A stretch of DNA of 63,593 bases, filler included, from Octopus bimaculoides (Eukaryota): NCBI RefSeq assembly GCF_001194135.2. It is 5 parts of 5 records of this genome, joined end to end, with 100 filler letters (N's around TTAATTAATTAA, not from the genome) between each part and the next. Parts side by side here need not be neighbours in the genome. Positions count along the whole stretch, not along the records: positions 43,395 to 53,954 come from NC_068999.1; positions 54,055 to 56,874 come from NW_026432978.1; positions 56,975 to 63,593 come from NC_068985.1; 2 more parts are not named here. The stretch is one strand, 5' to 3'. Each line of letters opens with the position of its first letter. Within the stretch, counting starts at the first letter, position 1. A model generated the notes under the pieces. It worked only from the letters and a program-made list of their open reading frames with translations. It was not told the DNA's origin and did not search any database. Below are positions 52,925 to 63,593 of this stretch, in pieces. Position numbers and translations under genes: made by a program.

Positions 52925-54498
52925 NNNNNNNNNNNNNNNNNNNNNNNNNNNNNNNNNNNNNNNNNNNNNNNNNNNNNNNNNNNNNNNNNNNNNNNNNNNN
53001 NNNNNNNNNNNNNNNNNNNNNNNNNNNNNNNNNNNNNNNNNNNNNNNNNNNNNNNNNNNNNNNNNNNNNNNNNNNNNNNNNNNNNNNNNNNNNNNNNNNN
53101 NNNNNNNNNNNNNNNNNNNNNNNNNNNNNNNNNNNNNNNNNNNNNNNNNNNNNNNNNNNNNNNNNNNNNNNNNNNNNNNNNNNNNNNNNNNNNNNNNNNN
53201 NNNNNNNNNNNNNNNNNNNNNNNNNNNNNNNNNNNNNNNNNNNNNNNNNNNNNNNNNNNNNNNNNNNNNNNNNNNNNNNNNNNNNNNNNNNNNNNNNNNN
53301 NNNNNNNNNNNNNNNNNNNNNNNNNNNNNNNNNNNNNNNNNNNNNNNNNNNNNNNNNNNNNNTATATATATATATATATATGACAATCATTTGTTTATTT
53401 TTCGCCAAATAGACACACACATTATGTATTCGCTCTTCACTCGTTTATTATTGTTCTTATTTTATCTTATGCCCATGTCTGGAAATCTTTCGTCACACAT
53501 CTGTGACCTCTTTAGCGACTCTCCCATCCACGTGTCTCCTCCTGTCTATATACATATACATATAAATATATTTACATGCATTCATACATACATAAACATA
53601 TGCACACATACATACATACATACATGCATACATACATACATACATACATGCATGCATGCATACAAACATACATACATACATACATACATACATGCACACA
53701 TACATACACACATACATACATACATACATATTGCTATTCAGGTTGTGAGCCGGCAGAATCGTTAGCATTATGGATAAAACGCTAAGCGACATTTCGTAGG
53801 TCTTTACGTTCTAAGCTTCAAATCCCGACAAATTCGACACGCACGCAATTAACGATAATATATATATGGAATGTATTTGTATATGTGCATATATATATAT
53901 ATATAAATATATGTTTATATATATATATATTTATGCATATATATATATATATATNNNNNNNNNNNNNNNNNNNNNNNNNNNNNNNNNNNNNNNNNNNNTT
54001 AATTAATTAANNNNNNNNNNNNNNNNNNNNNNNNNNNNNNNNNNNNNNNNNNNNTTCTTTGAGAATTTTTTAAGTGATCTTTTTCTAGCACATTAACAGA
54101 CCACCTAGTGGTCTCTTTTATATACACAAGTACTATAATCCTTTTAGAATCTCGGAAAATTTTTTTGTGAATCTTCTGATTCTTTTAATGTACTGGTTTC
54201 CTGGTATTAAATTGATATTAATTAATATCGAATTTTTACCCTATTATGTTAATTATATATTTATTAAAGTAATGCGTGAGAAATTACTTGTATGCATATA
54301 TATATATATATACATATATATATATTGAACCATGTGGCTGGGAAGCAAATTTCTTAATACACAACTACGTCCACGCCTATATCTATAGGAATATAGATTA
54401 GAAAATAATAGATTGAGCCACTTTTATATAATGGTTCCGAGATATACCCCGCACTTGTGTCTACGGATAAATATCACATAATCAAGTAACGGATAGGT

Positions 54499-54793
54499 GG
54501 CGATCATTCGATAGTAGTGCGCTAATTGCCAACCAGTAGTCAGCTTTCTCTGCTGATTGTCAACCAGTAGTCAGCTGGTCAACATGTCTTTGTTTACATC
54601 AATTCAGCAATTTCCCTAATGAAAGAGGGAAAGGGCGTTAGTCAGCAGGTAGCAGACACTCGCTTTCTCTCTCTCTCTCTTAAAAACAATTGATGTAAAC
54701 AAAGACATGTTGACCAGCTGACTACTGGTTGACAATCAGCAGGGAAAGCTGACTACTGGTTGGCAATTAGCGCACTACTATCGAATGATCGCC
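54499..54793. repeat. 106-bp near-perfect inverted repeat with an 83-bp spacer
   Basis: Arms 54499-54604 and 54688-54793, one mismatch. Confidence 0.92.
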
Positions 54794-54849
54794 CTTTGGA
54801 ATCTTCAACAATCAGACAGACGATTCCATGTCATATTTTATTCTACTTT

Positions 54850-55850
54850 GGTGTCTTTGGTTAGACCTAATCCAATGAAGAATTAATTAAGACATTACAG
54901 TTTATACCATGTAGGCTTAGATTTTTAGTAAATGTTCTATTGGTTTCATCTGGGTATCTGTTATTGGTGGAATATATATTAGTCTTTCCTTCCATAAGCA
55001 TATGTGGATAGGTTATTTGAAAACATCAACAGGAATGGTGGATATTAGGACATGCTGTTGACAGTGTCTCTGTCCCATCTCAGCTGAGTACCAACCTCTA
55101 CAAAGAGAGCATGCTCCAATGATTCAGTGAACCCTGCCACTTTGTCTGGATGTTGGGCCTTACAGACATTGAAGTGTTGCTTGGCTAGAAGCATGGAGTC
55201 ATATGGGTTCTCTCTATTCAAAGTCTAATCTTGCAGCTGATGTGTATACTAAATATCAGTAGTATAAAGAAGTGCCAAGCACTAGCAGTAGATGAAAATT
55301 GTGGAAGAGAGTGACATAATAAGATGTGGGCTAACATGAAGATTGATCTGAAGAAGCTATTTCCCATAGAAGATATGACAATGATCTATAATGAGTTGCT
55401 GCATGACACTTATTGACAAGTGCAAATATAGCAATATTGTCATTAAAATGATGACAATGGAGACTGGAATGTAAGATATATACTTTATCCATTATATTCC
55501 AGTTAAGTCTGCATATATTGCTCTTTCTGATGTTGTCTCATTTATCATTCACCCTCTCACCAATTCACTAAGCCATGTAACAGGGGAGTGTATATGGTAT
55601 ATCCATATTCAATCTCCCTTCCATCATCCTTTGTTACTCTGTCATCTATCACAATGCTTATGTAATAGGGATGCCATGGTTTCAGTTCATATCCAGTACC
55701 TCCTACCATTATCCATCTATATTGCTAGCTGTCACTCTTTTTCTCCCAAGAGAATCCTCATTGACATCTGCTGCTTTTACCTACCATCAGCCATCTCTTT
55801 TGTTATCCATCAGTTGCTCTCACTCCTTTTTCCCCATCTTTATTACTAAT
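54850..55850 (-). pseudogene. Very old LINE (CR1/jockey-like) relic
   Basis: Weak motifs only (KQHFNVCKAQ...SLEHA...W). CpG-depleted. Confidence 0.3.
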
Positions 55851-57032
55851 CCTATCACNNNNNNNNNNNNNNNNNNNNNNNNNNNNNNNNNNNNNNNNNN
55901 NNNNNNNNNNNNNNNNNNNNNNNNNNNNNNNNNNNNNNNNNNNNNNNNNNNNNNNNNNNNNNNNNNNNNNNNNNNNNNNNNNNNNNNNNNNNNNNNNNNN
56001 NNNNNNNNNNNNNNNNNNNNNNNNNNNNNNNNNNNNNNNNNNNNNNNNNNNNNNNNNNNNNNNNNNNNNNNNNNNNNNNNNNNNNNNNNNNNNNNNNNNN
56101 NNNNNNNNNNNNNNNNNNNNNNNNNNNNNNNNNNNNNNNNNNNNNNNNNNNNNNNNNNNNNNNNNNNNNNNNNNNNNNNNNNNNNNNNNNNNNNNNNNNN
56201 NNNNNNNNNNNNNNNNNNNNNNNNNNNNNNNNNNNNNNNNNNNNNNNNNNNNNNNNNNNNNNNNNNNNNNNNNNNNNNNNNNNNNNNNNNNNNNNNNNNN
56301 NNNNNNNNNNNNNNNNNNNNNNNNNNNNNNNNNNNNNNNNNNNNNNNNNNNNNNNNNNNNNNNNNNNNNNNNNNNNNNNNNNNNNNNNNNNNNNNCCTAT
56401 TAATATTATATCATGACAAGCTACTACTATATACACAACATTTTACAAGTTCTCTGGATGGCAGAATAAAGATACATCTCTGCTGAGGGGACAATCATCT
56501 CTGAAACTGGACTGTAAGCAGAATTTCCAGTAATTTTTTTGTTTTTTCTTAAGAAAATGCAATGTTTGCACATTACTTGCCATTTCCAGAGCTATGTATG
56601 CATATGTATACATATATGAATACTTCATTAGAAATATATAGTTGTAAAGTTATTCTCAGTCATATAATTAAGGTGTCTGTAAATGAAAAAGTACCCAACA
56701 TGTTTGAAGGCAGAGTGAGTTATTTTATGTTTCACCCAGAAAAATAGCAAATCTGCTTCTGAATGATCAAAACTCTGAAGACTTAAAACAAAAAAAAATA
56801 AATAAATAAATAAATAAAAAAACAAGATGATAACAAATAAAAAGTGGAAATAAGAAAAGGATATGACACAACCANNNNNNNNNNNNNNNNNNNNNNNNNN
56901 NNNNNNNNNNNNNNNNNNTTAATTAATTAANNNNNNNNNNNNNNNNNNNNNNNNNNNNNNNNNNNNNNNNNNNNTATATAACGAAACGATCGTTAGCAAA
57001 TATTGGTGCTGGCAACATATGCGACGATGACG

Positions 57033-57245
57033 TCAGCACATTTCAAAATCACCATCATCACCAGCATCAGCATCATCATCATCATCGTTACCATCATTAT
57101 CCTCACCATTGTCCGCTTCATCCTCATCATCAACATCACCAACATCATCACCGCTGTCATCATCATCAACCTCATCATCATCTTCATCATCATCATCATC
57201 ATCGACGTCGTCGTCGTCAGCGCCGTTTTCATCATGATTTCCATT
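57033..57245. repeat. Degenerate (CAT)n simple repeat
   Basis: Directly visible. Produces the poly-D/poly-I/poly-M ORFs. Confidence 0.9.
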
Positions 57246-57344
57246 GTCTTCGTCACTTGCTCCATTGCCAGCATCTTCGGCAATTGGTCGCTGGAATTTA
57301 GTTTGGTCGTTTCGCTCCTCCACAGAAGAATGACGCGAATACCT

Positions 57345-57718
57345 GTTGCGTGCAATCCGTCGCTTACGACGTCGAGGGTTCAAGTTGATCCGATCAACGG
57401 AACAGCCTGCTCGTGAAATTAACGTGCAAGTGGCTGAGCACTCCACAGACACGTGTACCCTTAACGTAGTTCTCGGGGGAGATTCAGCGTGACACAGAGT
57501 GTGACAAGGCTGACCTTTTGAATTACAGGTACAACAGAAACAGGAAGATAGAGTGAGAGAAAGTTGTGGTGGAAGAGTACAGCAGAGTTCACCACCACCA
57601 CCCCCTGCCGGAGCCTCGTGGAGCTTTAGGTGTTTTCGCTCAATAAACACTCACAATGCTGGTCTGGGAATCGAAACCGCGAGTCCGATACCCTGATTAC
57701 TGGGCCGTTGCGCCTCCC
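57345..57718 (-). mobile_element. SINE family C
   Basis: Reverse complement of 40982-41360. Confidence 0.9.
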
Positions 57719-57754
57719 CTCTGTTGCGTGAACATCTCTGAAAACGCGTGCGCT

Positions 57755-58042
57755 TAGAGAAGACGCGTGGCTCGATTTCCGGTGGCGTATTGTGTCCTTG
57801 AGCAAGACACTTTATTTCACGTTGCTCCAGTCCACTCAGCTAACAAAAATGAGTTGTACCTGTATTTCAAAGGGCCAGCCTTGTCACACTCTGTGTCACG
57901 CTGAGTCTCCCTGAGAACTACGTTAAGGGGTACAACGTGTCTGTAGAGAGCTCAACCACATGCACGTTAATTTCACGAAAAAGCTGTTCGGTTAATCGGA
58001 TCAACTGATACACTCGTCGTCGTAAACGACGGAGAGCCAAGC
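57755..58042 (+). mobile_element. Chimeric SINE: D-type CORE head joined to a C-type body
   Basis: 57790-57850 matches 30360-30425; 57855-58040 matches 41180-41360. Confidence 0.75.
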
Positions 58043-58349
58043 CATGTGCGTGTGCACATTCCGTGAAAATATGTGTATGCTTCTGACACCTCTTTGCTTT
58101 AAGACGTAATACTGTTAAATAACTTCGGCAGCTCTCAGTGACTCATCAGGCCGATCAAATGAAAGAGGCAGCCATCTATATGCAGTCACTAGACATGCTA
58201 GAAATAATAACTAAGATTTTTCTCAAACCACAACCTATCAATTTCGTGTATATTTTTCTCTTTTTTTAAGTAGTGAAGTCCTATGTCCTAGACACAAACT
58301 ATGACAATATGAAATAAAAAGATGTGATTGTAATTATTGGTACAACTTC

Positions 58350-58520
58350 AAGGTGGCGAGCTGGCAGAACCGTTAGCACGCCGGGCAATATTCTTAGCGG
58401 TATTTCATTCGTTTTCACGCTCTTGGTTCAAATTCCACCGAGGTCGACTTTGCCTTTCATTCTTTCGGGGTCGATGAAATAAGTTCCTCCCCACGAAATT
58501 GTTGGCCTTATGCCAAATTT
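58350..58520 (+). mobile_element. SINE family B
   Basis: ggtggcgagctggcagaaccgttagcacg...gtcgactttgcctttcattc. Confidence 0.85.
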
Positions 58521-58702
58521 TGAATCTAATTGCTGGAATAATTTTGGTTATATACATCCACTCGGTTTCGACAGCCACAACGAAATCCATGGACGTATAG
58601 CCTAGCTTCGTTATGCTGCATCAAGTACATAAGAGAGAAATCTCCCGCGGATAGAAACGCCGATACTGGTTGCAGGAAACTTTCGCGTATGTGTGAAACA
58701 TA

Positions 58703-59330
58703 GAGAGTGTGCCAAAAGTCCCTGATGAGTTTAAATTTTCCTTAACTTCCTTAACTTTACAAATAAATGGTTGAAATTTCGATACAATATAAAGGACATA
58801 ATGGAAATTAACATACACAAGTCAAATTTTGCAGCACTACTACATCACATATGAAAAAGGACATTGCTTAAATGGCAGACATTTTTTGGCTTTGCACGCC
58901 CGTGCTCTTTCCAAAACTTGCACCACAGCACTCTCAAGAGTTTCCGACCCTCACTTCTCTGATTTCTCTATTTTCCTCATAAGAAAAAATCCGGGTTAGT
59001 CAAGTCTGGGAAGGCCAGTTGACATTGCCGTAGCGAGAGATTATTCTCTCTCCAAAGCACTGCCGTAGCAACTGCCTTGTTTCCGTTGCGGTTTGAGCAG
59101 TTGCTCCACCTTGCTGGAACCATGGGTGAGGTCTACTTTGAATGGCCTTCACATTCCTCAGATCTGACTTGCCCGGATTTTTACTTGTCGGGATACCTGA
59201 AAGAGAGCGTTTACGTCAACAAACCGAAAACCCTGGTGTAACTGAAGGTGAACATCAACAGAAGGCTCACATCTCCAACACGTATCCTCATACTGACTGT
59301 ACACAAGGATATACAAACACAATCCAAGAC
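58703..59330. mobile_element. Two divergent Tc1/mariner C-terminal fragments (rosa/DD41D-like)
   Basis: Minus 58703-59040: WPS-PDLTNPDF plus a TIR-like end. Plus 59135-59330: WPSHSSDLTCPDFYLSGYLKESVYVNKPKTL. Confidence 0.65.
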
Positions 59331-59651
59331 CGTCGCACATCGGTAGTATTTCATGTATCGCGTTGCCCCTCAGTTCTCATTTTCGAGTTGTTTTTCATAT
59401 GCGAGATTTCCTGGAGCCGATAAGACTAGCCAATGTCTACGATATCAGATAGCTTGTGATACAGCGGTGGTGTCGTTGTAAGTGTAGCTACCATTCAGTC
59501 ATTATAGTGACTTCCAAGTCACTATTATATTTTTCAGTCGATCTAATTCAGTGGTTCTTAACCAGAATCCATATAAGATTTTGCTAAAGTTTACGTGCAA
59601 CAAAATGGTTAACTTTCAACAATATACGATATGATTTAACATTTTAAAATA

Positions 59652-59892
59652 CAATTGCAGCGTGGACGGTGTTTCTAAACGATTTAAAAAACACACAAAA
59701 CCGTTAGATCCACTTCAACATTTAAGTTTAATTTGTCAAAATCTTTTCGTCGCTTTGAGACCGCGACCTTTTCACTGAGAAAATTCCGTGCTGCGACGAA
59801 AATATATTGACAAATTAAATTTAAATGTTGAAGTGAATCTAACGGTTTTTGTGTTTTTAAATGGCTTATAAACACCTTCCACGCTGCAATTG
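59652..59892. repeat. Foldback with ~100-bp arms, probably an inverted PLE pseudo-LTR
   Basis: Arms ~59652-59753 and ~59793-59892. A hammerhead-like fold sits at the centre on the minus strand. Confidence 0.7.
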
Positions 59893-59939
59893 TTTTTGTT
59901 TCAGCACACGATCTCAGATCAGGTCACTTGCTATGCAAG

Positions 59940-60455
59940 TACATCTTTATTCTCTTTTATTTGTTTCAGTCATTTTACTGCGGCCATGCTGGAGCACCGC
60001 TTTAGTCGAGCAAATCGACCCCAGGACTTATTCTTTGTAAACCTAGTACTTATTATATATATATATATATATATATACTATAAAAAGAGACAAATCCTCT
60101 CAAGAAAAATTAAATCTGGAGAATCTACAAGAATAGATGCAAGCACTANNNNNNNNNNNNNNNNNNNNNNNNNNNNNNNNNNNNNNNNNNNNNNNNNNNN
60201 NNNNNNNNNNNNNNNNNNNNNNNNNNNNNNNNNNNNNNNNNNNNNNNNNNNNGTACATCACCTCCAAACTTTCTAATATATATATATATACGACGGGCTT
60301 CTTTCATTTTCCGTCTACCAAATCCACTCACAAGGCTTTGGTCGGCCTGAGGCTATAGTAGAAGACACTTGCCCAAGGTGCCACGCAGTGGGACTGAACA
60401 TGGATCCATGTGGTTGGTAAGCAAGCTACTTACCACACAGCCACTCCTGCGCCTG
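59940..60455 (-). mobile_element. SINE family A, young, gapped
   Basis: Tail at 59945-60050, head at 60290-60452. Confidence 0.88.
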
Positions 60456-61099
60456 CATCTCCGTTATTTTTAAATACATTTTCCTAATATTTAATTATTA
60501 AAAAAAAACAATAGGATTTTCTTAAGCATTGGACGGCTCTGAGGGTCCATTCGAGTGAAACAGGAATCGAAAAGAGTCTATAGATGAAAAATGGTTGAGA
60601 ACCAGTGGTTTCATTTATTTCGGAACCAATTAAATGACCGTACAATTGAAAATGAACGACTTGGAATTTATTTTCTCTCTTTGCGTTAGCTCTACTGGAG
60701 TTATGAAGAATTTGGTGCTCGAGAAACGACTGCTGGACTTGGTTACGTGGTATATTGTCATCTCTTTTCTGTTTACAACTGTTACTCTGGTGATATCAGA
60801 ATCACAGTCGTTATAACTGCAGCCAATCCCATGCGAATAATTCTCTCAGGGGTCTTTACAGAGCATCCACTCTACCAATGACCAGTGCCATCAGAACCTG
60901 GTACCAGCGTTTTCTTCAGCCCAAACAGTAAGGAGTGGCTCACAAGCTGTAAGTACCCACATAGTTCTTGAAGGCGGCGCCTTCAAGATACTAGAGGGGA
61001 TACCCTATCGCTGTGATAGCCCATTAAGGTTAGAGTTAGTTGAACTGATATGCCCAAATAGTCCCAGAAATGCCAGAAAAAAAACAAAATGAAAGCCAG

Positions 61100-61345
61100 A
61101 AATGTAAATAAACGTAGCTGCCCAACCTGCAAGAAATAACAGACCTTATATCTCTTGATTTTTATCAGGAAATAATTAAAAGAATGTTTACGGTACAAAC
61201 CCTGCAACAGCCCACGAATTGGAGGCAGCCATTGAACGAGAATGTGCACTGGTACCGAACGAAATGCTTCTTGGTGTTCCGCACTTCCATTGATTCGCAT
61301 TATGAGAAGTGCCTGGACCAGAACGCTCATCAGTTTGAAAAAACT
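61100..61345 (+). pseudogene. Tc1/mariner (rosa-like) transposase C-terminal fragment
   Basis: KNVYGTNPATAHELEAAIERECALVPNEML...HYEKCLDQNAHQFEK. Confidence 0.6.
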
Positions 61346-61352
61346 TTTCTCT

Positions 61353-61620
61353 AGGCGTAGGAGTGGCTGTGTGGTAAGTAGCTTGCTTACGAACCACATG
61401 GTTCCGGGTTCAGTCCCACTGCGTGGCACCTTGGGCAAGTGTCTTCTACTATAGCCTCGGGCCGACCAAAGCCTTGTGAGTGGATTTGGTAGAGAGAAAC
61501 TGAAAGAAGCCCGTCGTATATATGTATATATATATGTATGTGTCTGTGTTTGTCCCCCCAACATCGCTTGACAACCGATGCTGGTGTGTTTACGTCCCTG
61601 TCACTTAGCGGTTCGGCAAA
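61353..61620 (+). mobile_element. SINE family A, young
   Basis: Clean head and CORE-like segment, runs into a gap. Confidence 0.92.
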
Positions 61621-62524
61621 NNNNNNNNNNNNNNNNNNNNNNNNNNNNNNNNNNNNNNNNNNNNNNNNNNNNNNNNNNNNNNNNNNNNNNNNNNNNNNNN
61701 NNNNNNNNNNNNNNNNNNNNNNNNNNNNNNNNNNNNNNNNNNNNNNNNNNNNNNNNNNNNNNNNNNNNNNNNNNNNNNNNNNNNNNNNNNNNNNNNNNNN
61801 NNNNNNNNNNNNNNNNNNNNNNNNNNNNNNNNNNNNNNNNNNNNNNNNNNNNNNNNNNNNNNNNNNNNNNNNNNNNNNNNNNNNNNNNNNNNNNNNNNNN
61901 NNNNNNNNNNNNNNNNNNNNNNNNNNNNNNNNNNNNNNNNNNNNNNNNNNNNNNNNNNNNNNNNNNNNNNNNNNNNNNNNNNNNNNNNNNNNNNNNNNNN
62001 NNNNNNNNNNNNNNNNNNNNNNNNNNNNNNNNNNNNNNNNNNNNNNNNNNNNNNNNNNNNNNNNNNNNNNNNNNNNNNNNNNNNNNNNNNNNNNNNNNNN
62101 NNNNNNNNNNNNNNNNNNNNNNNNNNNNNNNNNNNNNNNNNNNNNNNNNNNNNNNNNNNNNNNNNNNNNNNNNNNNNNNNNNNNNNNNNNNNNNNNNNNN
62201 NNNNNNNNNNNNNNNNNNNNNNNNNNNNNNNNNNNNNNNNNNNNNNNNNNNNNNNNNNNNNNNNNNNNNNNNNNNNNNNNNNNNNNNNNNNNNNNNNNNN
62301 NNNNNNNNNNNTTATCTGTGTACTGCAGGACAGGATTTGGATGTGTGTTGTTCATCGAACCGAGGGAAGTGTACCTGCGGAAAGTAAAACATTAAGGTTA
62401 TTAAAAATTGTGGTGTGTATTGTCTCTTTGTGTGTGTGTGTGTGTGCGTGCGAGAACTAGTACAACTTGTGTGTCAGTGATTAAAGATGTAATAACAACT
62501 GTCAGCATATATATATATTCGCCA

Positions 62525-62705
62525 TGATAGATCGCTGACCACTACACATATATTTTTTTTTCTTCTCTCCTTGTTTCTTTCTGTTGAAGAGCGTAGGCTC
62601 TAAACGTTAAAGACTTTCCATATTCCCGAGCGTTATACTAATACATCCATTTGTTGTTTACACCACCTGCCTTCGTCTGTTGTTTTTTTAGTGAATTCTC
62701 CAATA
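62525..62705 (+). mobile_element. PLE pseudo-LTR-like repeat with a mutated hammerhead motif (62576-62613)
   Basis: UCUUU-CUGUUGA-A-GAGC(GUAG)GCUC-UAAAC-GUU-AAAGA. Confidence 0.55.
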
Positions 62706-63159
62706 TATATACATTGAGTAGTTTAAATGGTATAAGTTTCCCGTTTTATCAGCACAAACCAGAATTATAACTTTTTTCAAAAGTTCTTTAGTCAAAGAAT
62801 GCAGCTCTTGAAGGTTCTTTCTACAATTTTACATTTTTAACGATTCTCCAGTGTTCATCGCCGAAAGGTGCCAGATGTTGGTTAGGTGGTAGATATACAC
62901 ATACAACGACATCTATACCAACATATACGTAGATGCATGCATATATATATATATATATATATAGATAGATAGATATATGAATGTATGTATATATATGTAT
63001 ATACATACATGACTGCACGACTGATGTGAGAGATCCTTGTTTCTGAGCTAGAAACCGGTTCATTTTCCATCGATGAGAAATTCACACACACACACATATA
63101 TATATATATATAAATCACATGATCGACCAAACTATCGGATGTTATACATGGCTGGTCCG

Positions 63160-63262
63160 TCACATCGTAACCCATTTACAGCTGAGTAGACTGGAGCAAC
63201 CGTAAAAATGAAGTGTTTTGCTCAAGAACACATCTCACAGCCGGTCTTGGGAATCGAAACCA
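63160..63262 (-). mobile_element. CORE-type SINE fragment (family D related)
   Basis: gctgagtagactggagcaac...gtgttttgctcaagaacac...ggaatcgaaacc. Confidence 0.7.
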
Positions 63263-63593
63263 CCCATCATCGGATGGATTAGCTGGCCGAAACTTCGAAG
63301 TCACTGCCAACAACATTCTTGTTTAGGAATAAACCTGATTCATGTAAAATACCTTTTATTATAGCTGAACATAAAAAGGAAATATATATATAAACAAAAG
63401 AAGACGGATACATATATACATACACATACACATACATATATATACATCTATATATACATACATACATATATATATACATACATATCCATACATATATACA
63501 TACATATCCATACATATATATACTTATATATATATATATATACATACATATATATATATATATATACATACATATATATATATATATATACAT

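Larger units (their letters stand above)
59549..60607. mobile_element. hAT-type MITE carrying nested insertions
   Basis: Ends CAGTGGTTCTTAACC and GGTTGAGAACCAGTG. Putative 8-bp TSD is only 5/8 identical. Contains a foldback at 59652-59892 and a SINE A at 59940-60455. Confidence 0.55.

Noticed and set aside
57003-57650. Acidic poly-D and hydrophobic poly-I ORFs
   Set aside because: Translations of a (CAT)n repeat plus SINE C. The same SINE peptide (SRAGCSVDRINWNPRRRKRR) appears at 41256 and 52466.

Overview
AT-rich, microsatellite-dense eukaryotic non-coding DNA with many assembly gaps. The tRNA-derived SINE families and repeat landscape point to an octopus (coleoid cephalopod) genome; this is an inference from repeat content, not a search result. 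I find no supportable host-gene exon, rRNA, functional tRNA or CRISPR array. Nearly all long ORFs in the track are artefacts of N-runs and dinucleotide repeats. The window is a transposon graveyard. DNA transposons: mariner, maT, Tc1 and rosa-like relics, a complete TIR-to-TIR Chapaev3 (CMC) element with a TTA target duplication, an internally deleted Helitron with an intact 3' end, and pogo, hAT and Merlin-like MITEs. Retroelements: CR1-, Dong/R4-, RTE- and Tx1-type LINE fragments, Penelope-like (PLE) remnants and at least four SINE families. The most unusual item is at 27.27-27.80 kb (minus strand): a PLE GIY-YIG C-terminus runs directly into a tRNA-like Pol III cassette, an AT-rich (TAA)-like tract and an intact minimal hammerhead-ribozyme motif. 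Several other canonical, variant or decayed hammerhead-like motifs are scattered through the window. Four 100-bp gaps carry an artificial TTAATTAATTAA linker, so contiguity across them is unproven.
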